This document shows positions 1 to 10,142 of a DNA stretch of 64,000 nucleotides, piece by piece. The position numbers were made by a program, and so were the translations under genes. Source of the DNA: Candidatus Eiseniibacteriota bacterium (GTDB taxonomy: Bacteria > Eisenbacteria > RBG-16-71-46); NCBI GenBank assembly GCA_963717505.1, contig OY970342.1, positions 2,112,001 through 2,176,000 of the forward strand, in the 5' to 3' direction. Numbering within the stretch: position 1 is the stretch's first letter; each line of letters begins with the position of its first letter. The notes beneath the pieces were generated by a model. The model saw nothing but the letters and a program-made list of their open reading frames with translations, was not told the DNA's origin and made no database searches.

Positions 1-2
1 TC

Positions 3-3000
3 GTGGACGACGTCCACGGCTTCGACGTCGTGAACTTCGATGGCGATCCGATGGACGACCACGGTCATGGCACGCACGTCTCCGGGACCATTGCCGGTGT
101 CGCCAACAACGGCATCGGGGTGGCCGGCGTCAACTGGCGCGCGAAGATCGTCGGGATCAAGTTCCTCGACGGGGGCGGCGGCGGCTCGACCGCGGGTGCG
201 ATCGCCGCGATCGAGTATTCGATCGCGATCGGCCTCAAGATCACCAACAACTCGTGGGGTGGTGGGGCGTACTCGGAGGCGCTGCTCGACGCCATCAACG
301 CCGCGGGCACCGCAGGCCAGATCTTCGTCGCCGCGGCTGGCAACGGTTTCGGCAACGACAACGACGTGAATCCGCAGTACCCGGCGTCCTATCCGGCGGG
401 GAACATCATTTCAGTCGCCGCCACCGACCACAACGATCAGCTCGCCGACTTCTCGAACATCGGCGCGACGACCGTGGACCTCGCGGCTCCGGGCGCCCTC
501 ATTCTGTCGACGATTCCTTCCGGCGGCTACACCGTGGCCTCCGGAACCTCGATGGCAACGCCGCACGTCGCAGGCGCGCTGGCGTTGCTGTGGGGGCATC
601 GGCCCGGTTTGACGGCGGCCCAGGCGCGGGCGCGCCTGCTGGCCGGCGTCGATCCCAGGCCTGCGCTCGCCGGCAAGATGGCGACCGGAGGGCGGTTGAA
701 CGCCCTGTTCGCGATCGGCGACCCGGACTCGATTCCGCCCGGCGGGATCACTTCACTGTCGGTGCTTGGCGTGTTCTCCAACAGCGCGCTGCTCACGTGG
801 ACCGCGACCGGCGACGACGGGGCGAGCGGACGCGCCTCGTCCTACGATTTGCGTTACTCGACCGCTCCGATCACCCCCGGGAACTTCGAGTCGGCAACCC
901 CGTTCCCCGGCCCGGATCCCAGGCCGTCGGGGGCCGCGGACTCGGTCGAAGTCACCGGACTATCCTTCAGCACCACCCACTATTTCGCGGTGCGCGCGCT
1001 CGACGAGTATTCGAACCCGGGGCCGGTTTCGAATGTGGTCTCGGCGACCACGCTGGGAGCACCCGACGTGTCGCTGTCGCCGACCTCGATCAGTTCGACG
1101 CTGGCCGGCACCAGCGAGGTGCGGACCCTGACCATCGCCAACGTCGGGCCCGGCACCCTCGACTTCAGCATCCCGGCGCCGTCGACGGCACTGTCGCCCA
1201 TGCTGCAGCATCCGACCGTGACGGTCGCCAAAGGCGCGATGGACCCGCGCCACGGGACGCCGGTGGTAGTCGATCAGGGCGGCCCCGACAGCTTCGGGTA
1301 CCGCTGGATCGACAGCGACGACCCGGGCGGACCCGAGTTCGACTGGTTGGACATCACCACCGTCGGCACCCTGACGGCGGTGACCGGCGACGAAGACGTC
1401 GCCTCCGGGATCCCGATCGGATTCCCGTTCTCGTTCTATGGCACCGAATTCGAGAGCGTGAACGTTTGCGCGAACGGTTGGTTGTCGTTCACCGACGCGC
1501 GAATTCCTTCCTACAACATCCAGCCGCTGCCGAACGCCGGGCCCCAATCGCCCCAGGACCTGGTGGCGCCGTTCTGGTCGGACCTCCACGCGGGCGGCGT
1601 GCGGCGCGTCTACACCTACAGTGACGAAGAGCGCTTCGTGGTTTCGTGGGTCGGAATGGGCCACTACTTCCTGCCCGGTACCTTCACCTTCCAGGCCCAG
1701 CTCTACCGCACGGGCGAGATGCGCTTCCAGTACCACACGCTGAGCGGGCCCGACAGCTTCTCGTCGATCGGCATCCAGAACGCGACGCGCGACGTCGGGC
1801 TCAACATCTCGTTCTTCACCGACTACGCCCGCCCCGGCCTCGCGGTGCGGATCCTGCCGCCCGCGGCCTGGCTGACGGCGGAACCGCGGTCGGGCCGGAT
1901 TCCCGCGGGATCGAATCAGGCGGTGAACCTGACGCTGGACGCGACCCGGCTGCTGGGCGGCACCTATCGATCGGACCTGCACGTCACCAGCAACGACCCC
2001 GACGAGAGCGACGTCGTGGTTCCAGTCCAGCTCGTGGCGATCGGGGTTCCCGAGATCGAGCTGTCGAGAACCGCGATCGATTTCGGTTCCGTGCTCACCG
2101 GGGGAACGGCGCGTGAAACCCTGTTCGTCCAGAATCCCGGGACCGACAGCCTGCGCGTCACCAGTGTTACGTCGAGCCATCCGGCGTTCACGGCCTCGCT
2201 CGCGAGCCTGACCGTGCCCCCGCTCAGCCAGCGCCGGCTGCTGGTCGACTTCACGCCGCTCGCCAACGGTCCGTCGGGCGGCACCCTGACCCTGAACAGC
2301 AACGACGCGAACGAGGGCGTGCGCACCGTGGCGCTCTCGGGCGTCGGACTCCCGCCTCCCGACATCGCGGTTTCGCCTGAATCGCTGTGGGTCGGGCTCG
2401 ATGTCGGCGGTTCGACCACGCGCACCGTCCGCGTCGCCAATCCCGGTGAATCCGATCTCAACGTGATCGTGATGCCGATCGAGGTGCCGGGAGGGCCCGG
2501 GCCGGGTCCGGCCGGCATGCCCTCGCGACTTCCGGTGGATCCGCCGCCGGGCGGCCCGCCGCCGGTGCCGCCCGGTCCGGAAACCAATCTGGTCCCGCGC
2601 ACCCAGCCGCCGGTCGCCCTGGCCGGGTTCTACACCGGATCGCGCATGACCTTTGGCGTCACGGACTTCGGCGAAGTCATGCCGTTCCAGTTTCCGAACG
2701 GGAACGAGCATCTGGCGACCGGAGCCTGGATTTCGGGCTACACGGTCGGTTTCAAGACCGCCCTGGGTTCCGACTCGCTGATCAACACCTTCACCTCGGG
2801 GACCGAATTCCGAAACGGGATCGTGCCCGAGTCGTTCCAGGAACTCGAAGTCTCCTCGTCGCGCGTGTTGGTGCGTGTGACGACGCGCACGGCGGATGGC
2901 TCGATCCGGATCGTTCGTGACATCACGTTCCTGCGCAACGATCAGTTCGTGCACGTCTCGACCCGGATCGACAACCTGACCCTTGGCCCGCTCGCCGGGG

Positions 3001-6000
3001 TCATCTTCAAGGAATTCGCCGACTGGGACGTGGACAACGACCCGGGCGACGACACCTGGGACTTCGACCCGAGTCGCAATCTGGTCGTGGCTTCCGACCT
3101 GACCTACACCGGCCTGGCCGCGGGAACCACGCCGCAGGCGCTGGACCTCTACGGCTGGGACGACTTCTCGAGCTACGCGACCTTCGTCAACTTCCCCGTG
3201 GGGCCGATCGCGGGCCTGGACGGCCTGGCCTTGATGCACTTCGATCTCGGTACCCTCGACGGCAGCCAATCGGCTACGGCCGGCGCCTCCTATTGCGGCG
3301 GCGCCAACCTCGCCGACCTGCAGGCCGCCGTGGATCGCGCGAACGCAGGGGTCAGCTGGCTGACCGCGGTGCCCGATACGTTCACGGTGCCGGCCGGCGC
3401 CTTCCTCGATGTCACCGTCGGATTCGATGCCGGCGATCTGCTCGGCGGCGACTATCGCGCCATCCTTCGACTCGCGAGCAACGATCCGAACGAAGCGGAA
3501 TTCGACGTTCCGGTGCTGCTCCAAGTGACCGGCGTGCCGGACCTGACGGTCTTCCCCACGGCATTGACCTTCGACAGCACGTTCGTCGGCTACGTCAGCA
3601 TCGAGACCTTGGTGGTGCACAACCCCGGCACGGACTCGCTTCGCGTCTCGAACATCGTGTCGCCGAGCCCGGTGTTCGTCGCTTACCCGATGGGCTTCGT
3701 GGTCGGTCCCGGGGGCTCGCGGGCCCTGACCGTGGCGTTCGCGCCCACCAGCGTCGGCGTTGCCGGCGGGCCGCTGGAGTTCATTTCGAACGATCCATTG
3801 GAACCGACCTTCGCGGTTCCGCTCCAGGGAGTCGGGCTCGATCCGCCGATCGCGTCCGCCGAACCCGACTCGTTCCTGGTCGGGCTCTTCACCGGCGCGA
3901 GTCATCGACGCCAGCTGCTCCTGAGCAACACCGGGGGCAGCAATCTGCGCGCGACCATCGAAGCCGTCTCGACCGGCGGTACGGATTCGACATCATCGGC
4001 CAAGACCGTGCCGGCCGTGGTCGCGATGGCCAGCCCACGCCCCGGCGTTCGGCTCGACGATTGGAACTCGCAGGTGGGGAGCCGTGGCCCGGCTCTCAAC
4101 GCCCTGCCGCCGGCGCGGGCGTTTCCGGCATCCACGCTGCCTCTCGTGATTGAGGATCCGGCCGGCGACGGGGGTGTCGTCGACCTCCTGCGACTGCGCG
4201 GGTCGAGTTCCTCGGGCGAGCTCCGGGTCGCGTTCGAGCTGGCGTGCTGCGTGGATCCCTTCAACTTCGGCGGCTACTTGTCGCTCGACATCGACCAGAA
4301 TCCAGCGACCGGCGATCCGCCTTACTACGGCGCTCCCGGCCACGACATCGGTCAGGACGTGGTCGTCACCCTGTTCTCGCTGGGGTACGGGTACGTCGAC
4401 GTGTTTCAGACGCCGGGATCCTACCTGGGTGCGTTCCCGATCACGTTCGAGCCGACCGGATTCTCGTTCGCCATCCCGCTCGCGGTGCTCGGAGCCGACG
4501 GCGACATCGACGTCAGCGGTGTGATCGGCACGGGCAGCGGCCCGACCGACTGGTTCCCCGACACCGGACACGGCACCATTTCGAGCGCTTCGTGGTTGAG
4601 CTTCACACCGGCCGAGCTGACGATCCCGCCCGGATCGACCGTGGCCGTCGACGCGATATTCGATGCCGCCGGACTCAACGGTGGCGATTACTCCGCCGAC
4701 ATCATCATCCGCACCAACGATCCCGGGCCGGGGAGCACACTGATCGTGCCCGCACGACTGGAGGTGACCGGCGCGCCCGACATCGCGGTCTCACTGTCCA
4801 CCGTCGATTTCGGCAATCTGTTCATCGGCCTGTCGAGTGCCGAGTCGTTGATCGTGCGAAACGAAGGCACCGACGTGCTCGAGGTCACCGGCATCGCCAC
4901 GAGCGACCCGGCCTTCACGGTTTCGTCGACGTCGCTGGTCCTGCCTCCGGGCGCGAGCGCCGTCTTGATGTTGACGTTCACGCCCGCCGCGGCGGTCGGC
5001 TATGCCGGGGGACTCACGCTCCTCAGCAACGACTTCGACGAGCCCTCGCTGGTCGTGGCACTCACGGGCCAGGGCCTGAATCCGCCGATCGTCGGTGTGG
5101 CGCCCGAGTCCTTGCGGGTCGGACTGCTGACCAATGAGACCAAGGTGCGGACCCTGCGGGTGTCCAACACGGGCGGTTCCGATCTCGTGGTCACCGTCTC
5201 TGGCGCATTGTCTCCGCCGGACTCGGGGTCGGCGCCGACCTCGGCCGCCGCCGGTCCGGAAACCTTCGAGTTTGCGGGCTACGACCCGCGCCGCGAGACG
5301 CCGGGCGTGCTTCCCGGACCCGGAGGCGGCCAGGCGCCGGCGGGGGTGGGGCCCGAGATCAACCAGGTGCCGCGGACCCTTTCGCCCCGGGTGCTCATGG
5401 GCAACTACTCGGGGACTCAGTTGGCGTTCGGGCTCACCGACCTCGGGGAGGTCATGCCGTTCCAGTTCCCGCTGGGCAACGAGCATCTCGCCATCGGAGG
5501 TTGGGTTTCCGGCTACACGGTCGGCTACATCATCGACGGTTTCGCCCGTGTCTTCTGGGCGGGGCACGACACGCGTTTCGGAATCGTTCCGGTTTCGTAC
5601 CAGGAGCTGGTGAACTCGCCGACCTTCGTGTCGGTGCGGGTGACCACGGCGACCACGGACGGGGTCCTCAGGATCGTCCGCGACTTCGAATTCCTGCGCA
5701 ACGAGAACTTCATCCGGGTCACGACGCGACTCGAAAACCAGTTCGGCGCTCCGGTGCCGGGCGTCGTGTACAAGGAATTCGCGGACTGGGACATGGACGG
5801 CGATTTCACCGACGACAGCTGGGACTACGATCAGGGGCGTGGCCTGACGATTGCGTGGGACCAGAAGTTCGCCGGGCTTGCCGGTGGCCGGATTCCCGAC
5901 CAGATGGACATGTTCGGCTGGGGCGACCACGCCAACTACAGCACGTTCGTGGACTTCCCGGTCGGGCCGATCAACAACCTCGACGGCACCTCCCTGCTCC

Positions 6001-9000
6001 ACTTCAACCAAGGCACGCTCGCGGGCGGAGGCTCGATCTCGACCACCGTCTCCTACAGCGCAGCCCACAGTCTCCCCGAGCTTCTCGCCGCCGTGGATCG
6101 CGCCAACACGACGTGGTTGAGCGTGAGTCCGACGCAATTCACGGTGCCGGTCGGCGGACACACTGACCTGGCCGTGCTGTTCGACGCCACCGGGCTCCCG
6201 GGCGGCGACTATTCGGCCGAGATTCGACTCTCCAGCAATGATCCGGTTCGCGGCCTGGTACAGGTCCCGGTGCTTCTCGAGGTGACCGGAGTACCCGACA
6301 TTCGAGTGTCGCCCGAGGCCCTGGACTTCGGGCTGGTGTTCGTCGGCGCAGCGAGTGCCGAGACGCTGGAGGTGCGCAATCTGGGCAGCGATGTTCTCGA
6401 GGTCAGCAGTATCGTCTTCAGCGACCCGGCATTCACCAACGGCGAGGGCGCGTTCACCCTCGAGCCCGGCGCGAGCCGAACCCTGTTGGTCACCTTCCAG
6501 CCCGGCGCGCCGACCGCCTTCGCCGGCACCGCCGGAATCCACAGCAACGATCCTGACCATCCCGTGTTGAGCGTGGCGCTTTCCGGAGTGGGTCTCACGC
6601 CGCCCGAGGTCTCGGTCGAGCCCGAGTCCTTGAACGTGACCCTGAACCACGGAGAATCCGCGCAGCGCACCCTGGTCGTCGCCAACACCGGCGGTTCGGA
6701 CCTGGTGGCAACCGTGCTGGTCAGCGATGTGCCTCCGGACTCCACTGGGCCGATTCGCGTGTTCCCGCCCGACGGCTCGGCGAGCGTACCGGGGGCCCGG
6801 CCCGGCCCCGAAGCGAACGCCGCTCCCCCCGGGGGCCCTGCGCGAACGCTGGCCGGGCTCTACTTCGGAACCAAGATGTCGTTCGGGGTCAGCGACCTGG
6901 GCGAGATCATGCCCTGTCAGTTCCCGGTCGGCGTCGAGCACCTGTCGGTCGGCGCCCGGATTTCGGGCTATACCGTTGGCTTCATGGTCGGCTCGACTCC
7001 GGTCGTCTACCTTGCCGGTTACGATTCGCGTTACGGAATCGAGCCCGAGTCGTACCAGGAACTGGCGGTGACCCCCTCGGTGATCTCGGTGCGCGTCACC
7101 ACCCGAACCATCGACGGCATCCTGCGCATCATCCGCGTCATCACTTTCCGCCGTGCCGACCAGTTCGTGCACGTGGCCACCACCATCGAAAACCTGACCA
7201 GCTCGCCGATCGCCGGAGTCGTGTTCAAGGAGTACGCCGACTGGGACGTGGATCAAGACGCCGGCGGGGACTACTGGACACGAGACACCATGCGCGGCCT
7301 GGTCTACGCCTACGATCAGGACTACCTCGGCTTGGCCGGCAAGGATCCGCCGACCCTGCTGGACATCTACGGATGGGGCGATTACGGCAGCTACGACACG
7401 GTGGTCGAGACCTTCCCGATCGACCCGACGCCGGTCGACGGAATGGCGATGCTCCACTACTCGCTCGGCACGCTGGGCGCGAAAGGGAAGGTGACGCGCA
7501 ACGTGTCCTACTGTGCCGGCGCGACGCGTCCCGAACTGCTCGCGACGGTCGATCGCTCGGGCGCCGGTCCGCCATGGATCGGGGCCAGCCCGGTGAACCT
7601 GGTGGTCGCGCCCGGCCAGTCGCAAAACGTGACGGTGAGCCTCGAGTCTGACGGCCTCGCGGCTGGGGAGCATCAGGCCATCGTGGGCATCCGCAGCAAC
7701 GATCCGGACGAGCCGAGCCTGAACGTTCCGGTCCGGCTCACGGTGGTCGTCCAGCCCGACATCGCCGCCGATCCGCGCGACTTTGGAACGGTCTATGTGA
7801 GCCAGAACCGGGTCGAGTCGGTGGTTCTGCGCAACGAGGGCGCCGCTGTGCTCTCGATCACCGGCATGACCACGACCGGGAATTTCGCCGTGGTGGGTTC
7901 CGCGGTCGGGAGCATCCCCGCGGGCGGCACATTGAGTGTCCCCGTGCGGTTCACGCCGACCGCAGCGTGCACGCCGTGCACCGGCGCTTTGATCGTGTCT
8001 TCGAACGACCCGGACGAGAACCCGTTCTCGGTGCCGTTGACCGGAATCGGGGTCGTGCCGCCGCAGGTGACGGTGGGCCCGAGCGCCCTGCAGGCGACCC
8101 TGGCCCCGGCGCTCGGCCCGCCGGCGACGACCGGTTCCAAGACGCTCACCGTCGGGAATCCCGGGGGCAGTGTCCTCAGCGGGCGTGCGGTCCCGGTCGA
8201 GCTGGCCCTTCCCGAGGGCGCGCGCGTGATCGCCGTTGGACCGTTGGCGGCGCTGGAGTCCGACTCGGATGAGCCAAGAGCTCTCGGAGGAGGACCCGAC
8301 AACGGCGGCTATTCCTGGACGGCCAGCAACGAGCCCGGTGGCCCGGTGTTCGAGTGGGTCGACATCGCGCAGACCGCCAACCGCCTGCCTTTGGTCGGTA
8401 ACGACAACGTCCTGGCGAACGTGCCGATCGGATTCGCGTTCCCGTTCTACGGCGGAACCTTCAGCACCGTGAACCTGAGCACCAACGGCTGGATGTCGTT
8501 CACCAGTGCGCTGGTGCCGGGTGCCACACCGATGGCGCTTCCGAGCACGAACGCGGCGGCGCCGAAGAACCTGGTCGCCCCGTTCTGGGAGAACCTGACG
8601 TTCGGCAGCATCCAACGGGGGTACGCGCTGCGCGAGGCCGATCGTTTCATCGTCAGCTACATCGCGGTGGCGACCCTTCCGGTCACCGGCGCCTACACCT
8701 TCCAGACCATCCTCCATTCCGACGGACGGATCGTGTTCCAGTACCTCAACGTGCCGGTCCCGGCGCCGAGCCTGGGGGTGATCGGGATCCAGAACGGCGA
8801 CGGCACCGTCGGCCTCACGGTGGCGAACGGCACGTCGTACGTGCAACGCAATTTCGCGGTCGAGTTCTCACCAGGCGTGCGCTGGCTGCGCGTCGTGCCG
8901 GGCGTGTTCGACCTCGCGGCCGGCGGAACCCTGCCGCTCGGCGTTCAGTTCGACGCCACCGGACTCGGCGACGGCGACCATCAGGCCATCATCCGGCTGA

Positions 9001-10133
9001 TGACCAACGACCTCGAGACCCCGCTGGTCGACGTTCCGGTGTCGCTGCACGTCGGGTCGATCGTTGCGGCATTCAAGGTCAACCTGCGTTGTGCGCGCGA
9101 CGACGACGACCATGAAACGCTGGGCGGCGACGACGATGACGACGATGGCGGCGGCGATGGGGGCGGGTATCACGACGACGACGACGACGACGGAGGCGGC
9201 CAAGACGACGACGACGACGGTGGTCATCACGACGAAGACGACGACGGCGGCCACGACGACGAAGACGACGACGGCCCGGCGCGCTTCGTTCGCGGCGTGA
9301 TCACGCTGCCCACGGGCTACGATCCGCACGACGTGGTGCTCTCGAGCATCCGGGCGGCGGGGACGGTTCCGGTCAGCACGACCAAGGGGTCGCGGATCCA
9401 CGGGCAGAAGCTCAAGGTCTGGTTCGATCGAGCCGCACTGCTCGCCGTCTTGCCCGACGGCGACGCGATCACCGTCGACGTCGTCGGCGAGGTCGATGGC
9501 GTCACCTGGTTCCAAGGGACCGCCAACGCCTGCCTGCACCGGCCGCACATGGCGGCGGTGGCTGCGGAGTATCACGCCGGCACGCCGGTGGCGCTCAACT
9601 GGAGCGATCCACCGGGGATGGTGCCCAACGCCTTCGATCTGTGGTTCTCGTTCGATGCCGGCGAGACCTGGACGCCGGTGGCGCGGGGATTGACCTCGCA
9701 TTCGATCACCTGGTCGGTGCCGAACATCGCGACCACGGAGGGCATGCTGGGGCTGGTGGCGATCGGGCCGGACGGCCCGACCGGCAGCTGGCGCTCGGCG
9801 GAGTTCGAGATCGTGGGTGCGACCGCGGATCGACTCGCTTCGCGTGGGGTGCCGGGGGCCTTCGGGCTGCGCCTGGCCGGACCCAATCCATCCCGGACCG
9901 GTCCGACCCTGGAGCTGGCGCTGCCGACGCGCCAGGTCGTCACGGTCGCGGTCTACGACGTGCGCGGCGCGCGGGTCCGGTCGTACCCCGCGGCCGAGTT
10001 CGAGCCGGGGTGGCATCGCGTCACCTGGGACGGGCGCGGGGACGACGGGCGCCCGCTCGGGGCCGGGGTCTACTTCGTGCGCGGATCCGCCGGTCGCGAG
10101 CACGCGACGGTGCGTGTGGCGATGTTGAAGTAG
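3..10133 (+). CDS. Giant modular S8 (subtilisin-family) serine peptidase with FN3, repeated Ig/ASH (choice-of-anchor D-like) modules, NIDO-like inserts, an Asp-rich tract and a C-terminal FlgD-Ig/T9SS-type domain; 5' end lies outside the window
   Basis: Uninterrupted 3376-aa ORF. Subtilase motifs HGHGTHVSGTIAG (His), AAAGN (oxyanion Asn) and GTSMATPHVAG (Ser). FN3-like LTWTATGDDG...YDLRYS. Recurrent SNDP motifs. C-terminal PNP...VYDVRG...WDGRGDDG...GVYFVR. Confidence 0.92.
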   Translation: MDDVHGFDVVNFDGDPMDDHGHGTHVSGTIAGVANNGIGVAGVNWRAKIVGIKFLDGGGGGSTAGAIAAIEYSIAIGLKITNNSWGGGAYSEALLDAINAAGTAGQIFVAAAGNGFGNDNDVNPQYPASYPAGNIISVAATDHNDQLADFSNIGATTVDLAAPGALILSTIPSGGYTVASGTSMATPHVAGALALLWGHRPGLTAAQARARLLAGVDPRPALAGKMATGGRLNALFAIGDPDSIPPGGITSLSVLGVFSNSALLTWTATGDDGASGRASSYDLRYSTAPITPGNFESATPFPGPDPRPSGAADSVEVTGLSFSTTHYFAVRALDEYSNPGPVSNVVSATTLGAPDVSLSPTSISSTLAGTSEVRTLTIANVGPGTLDFSIPAPSTALSPMLQHPTVTVAKGAMDPRHGTPVVVDQGGPDSFGYRWIDSDDPGGPEFDWLDITTVGTLTAVTGDEDVASGIPIGFPFSFYGTEFESVNVCANGWLSFTDARIPSYNIQPLPNAGPQSPQDLVAPFWSDLHAGGVRRVYTYSDEERFVVSWVGMGHYFLPGTFTFQAQLYRTGEMRFQYHTLSGPDSFSSIGIQNATRDVGLNISFFTDYARPGLAVRILPPAAWLTAEPRSGRIPAGSNQAVNLTLDATRLLGGTYRSDLHVTSNDPDESDVVVPVQLVAIGVPEIELSRTAIDFGSVLTGGTARETLFVQNPGTDSLRVTSVTSSHPAFTASLASLTVPPLSQRRLLVDFTPLANGPSGGTLTLNSNDANEGVRTVALSGVGLPPPDIAVSPESLWVGLDVGGSTTRTVRVANPGESDLNVIVMPIEVPGGPGPGPAGMPSRLPVDPPPGGPPPVPPGPETNLVPRTQPPVALAGFYTGSRMTFGVTDFGEVMPFQFPNGNEHLATGAWISGYTVGFKTALGSDSLINTFTSGTEFRNGIVPESFQELEVSSSRVLVRVTTRTADGSIRIVRDITFLRNDQFVHVSTRIDNLTLGPLAGVIFKEFADWDVDNDPGDDTWDFDPSRNLVVASDLTYTGLAAGTTPQALDLYGWDDFSSYATFVNFPVGPIAGLDGLALMHFDLGTLDGSQSATAGASYCGGANLADLQAAVDRANAGVSWLTAVPDTFTVPAGAFLDVTVGFDAGDLLGGDYRAILRLASNDPNEAEFDVPVLLQVTGVPDLTVFPTALTFDSTFVGYVSIETLVVHNPGTDSLRVSNIVSPSPVFVAYPMGFVVGPGGSRALTVAFAPTSVGVAGGPLEFISNDPLEPTFAVPLQGVGLDPPIASAEPDSFLVGLFTGASHRRQLLLSNTGGSNLRATIEAVSTGGTDSTSSAKTVPAVVAMASPRPGVRLDDWNSQVGSRGPALNALPPARAFPASTLPLVIEDPAGDGGVVDLLRLRGSSSSGELRVAFELACCVDPFNFGGYLSLDIDQNPATGDPPYYGAPGHDIGQDVVVTLFSLGYGYVDVFQTPGSYLGAFPITFEPTGFSFAIPLAVLGADGDIDVSGVIGTGSGPTDWFPDTGHGTISSASWLSFTPAELTIPPGSTVAVDAIFDAAGLNGGDYSADIIIRTNDPGPGSTLIVPARLEVTGAPDIAVSLSTVDFGNLFIGLSSAESLIVRNEGTDVLEVTGIATSDPAFTVSSTSLVLPPGASAVLMLTFTPAAAVGYAGGLTLLSNDFDEPSLVVALTGQGLNPPIVGVAPESLRVGLLTNETKVRTLRVSNTGGSDLVVTVSGALSPPDSGSAPTSAAAGPETFEFAGYDPRRETPGVLPGPGGGQAPAGVGPEINQVPRTLSPRVLMGNYSGTQLAFGLTDLGEVMPFQFPLGNEHLAIGGWVSGYTVGYIIDGFARVFWAGHDTRFGIVPVSYQELVNSPTFVSVRVTTATTDGVLRIVRDFEFLRNENFIRVTTRLENQFGAPVPGVVYKEFADWDMDGDFTDDSWDYDQGRGLTIAWDQKFAGLAGGRIPDQMDMFGWGDHANYSTFVDFPVGPINNLDGTSLLHFNQGTLAGGGSISTTVSYSAAHSLPELLAAVDRANTTWLSVSPTQFTVPVGGHTDLAVLFDATGLPGGDYSAEIRLSSNDPVRGLVQVPVLLEVTGVPDIRVSPEALDFGLVFVGAASAETLEVRNLGSDVLEVSSIVFSDPAFTNGEGAFTLEPGASRTLLVTFQPGAPTAFAGTAGIHSNDPDHPVLSVALSGVGLTPPEVSVEPESLNVTLNHGESAQRTLVVANTGGSDLVATVLVSDVPPDSTGPIRVFPPDGSASVPGARPGPEANAAPPGGPARTLAGLYFGTKMSFGVSDLGEIMPCQFPVGVEHLSVGARISGYTVGFMVGSTPVVYLAGYDSRYGIEPESYQELAVTPSVISVRVTTRTIDGILRIIRVITFRRADQFVHVATTIENLTSSPIAGVVFKEYADWDVDQDAGGDYWTRDTMRGLVYAYDQDYLGLAGKDPPTLLDIYGWGDYGSYDTVVETFPIDPTPVDGMAMLHYSLGTLGAKGKVTRNVSYCAGATRPELLATVDRSGAGPPWIGASPVNLVVAPGQSQNVTVSLESDGLAAGEHQAIVGIRSNDPDEPSLNVPVRLTVVVQPDIAADPRDFGTVYVSQNRVESVVLRNEGAAVLSITGMTTTGNFAVVGSAVGSIPAGGTLSVPVRFTPTAACTPCTGALIVSSNDPDENPFSVPLTGIGVVPPQVTVGPSALQATLAPALGPPATTGSKTLTVGNPGGSVLSGRAVPVELALPEGARVIAVGPLAALESDSDEPRALGGGPDNGGYSWTASNEPGGPVFEWVDIAQTANRLPLVGNDNVLANVPIGFAFPFYGGTFSTVNLSTNGWMSFTSALVPGATPMALPSTNAAAPKNLVAPFWENLTFGSIQRGYALREADRFIVSYIAVATLPVTGAYTFQTILHSDGRIVFQYLNVPVPAPSLGVIGIQNGDGTVGLTVANGTSYVQRNFAVEFSPGVRWLRVVPGVFDLAAGGTLPLGVQFDATGLGDGDHQAIIRLMTNDLETPLVDVPVSLHVGSIVAAFKVNLRCARDDDDHETLGGDDDDDDGGGDGGGYHDDDDDDGGGQDDDDDGGHHDEDDDGGHDDEDDDGPARFVRGVITLPTGYDPHDVVLSSIRAAGTVPVSTTKGSRIHGQKLKVWFDRAALLAVLPDGDAITVDVVGEVDGVTWFQGTANACLHRPHMAAVAAEYHAGTPVALNWSDPPGMVPNAFDLWFSFDAGETWTPVARGLTSHSITWSVPNIATTEGMLGLVAIGPDGPTGSWRSAEFEIVGATADRLASRGVPGAFGLRLAGPNPSRTGPTLELALPTRQVVTVAVYDVRGARVRSYPAAEFEPGWHRVTWDGRGDDGRPLGAGVYFVRGSAGREHATVRVAMLK
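9099..9275 (+). repeat. GAC-rich low-complexity tract encoding an Asp/Gly/His-rich segment
   Basis: Translates to DDDDHETLGGDDDDDDGGGDGGGYHDDDDDDGGGQDDDDDGGHHDEDDDGGHDDEDDDG. Confidence 0.9.
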
Positions 10134-10142
10134 AATGGCGGA

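Noticed and set aside
4791-8846. Long antisense and alternate-frame ORFs (also 960-3905, 16311-19154, 20727-22976, 34258-37581)
   Set aside because: These are shadow ORFs of high-GC genes, Arg/Gly/Ala-rich with no domain motifs, and they overlap well-supported CDSs.
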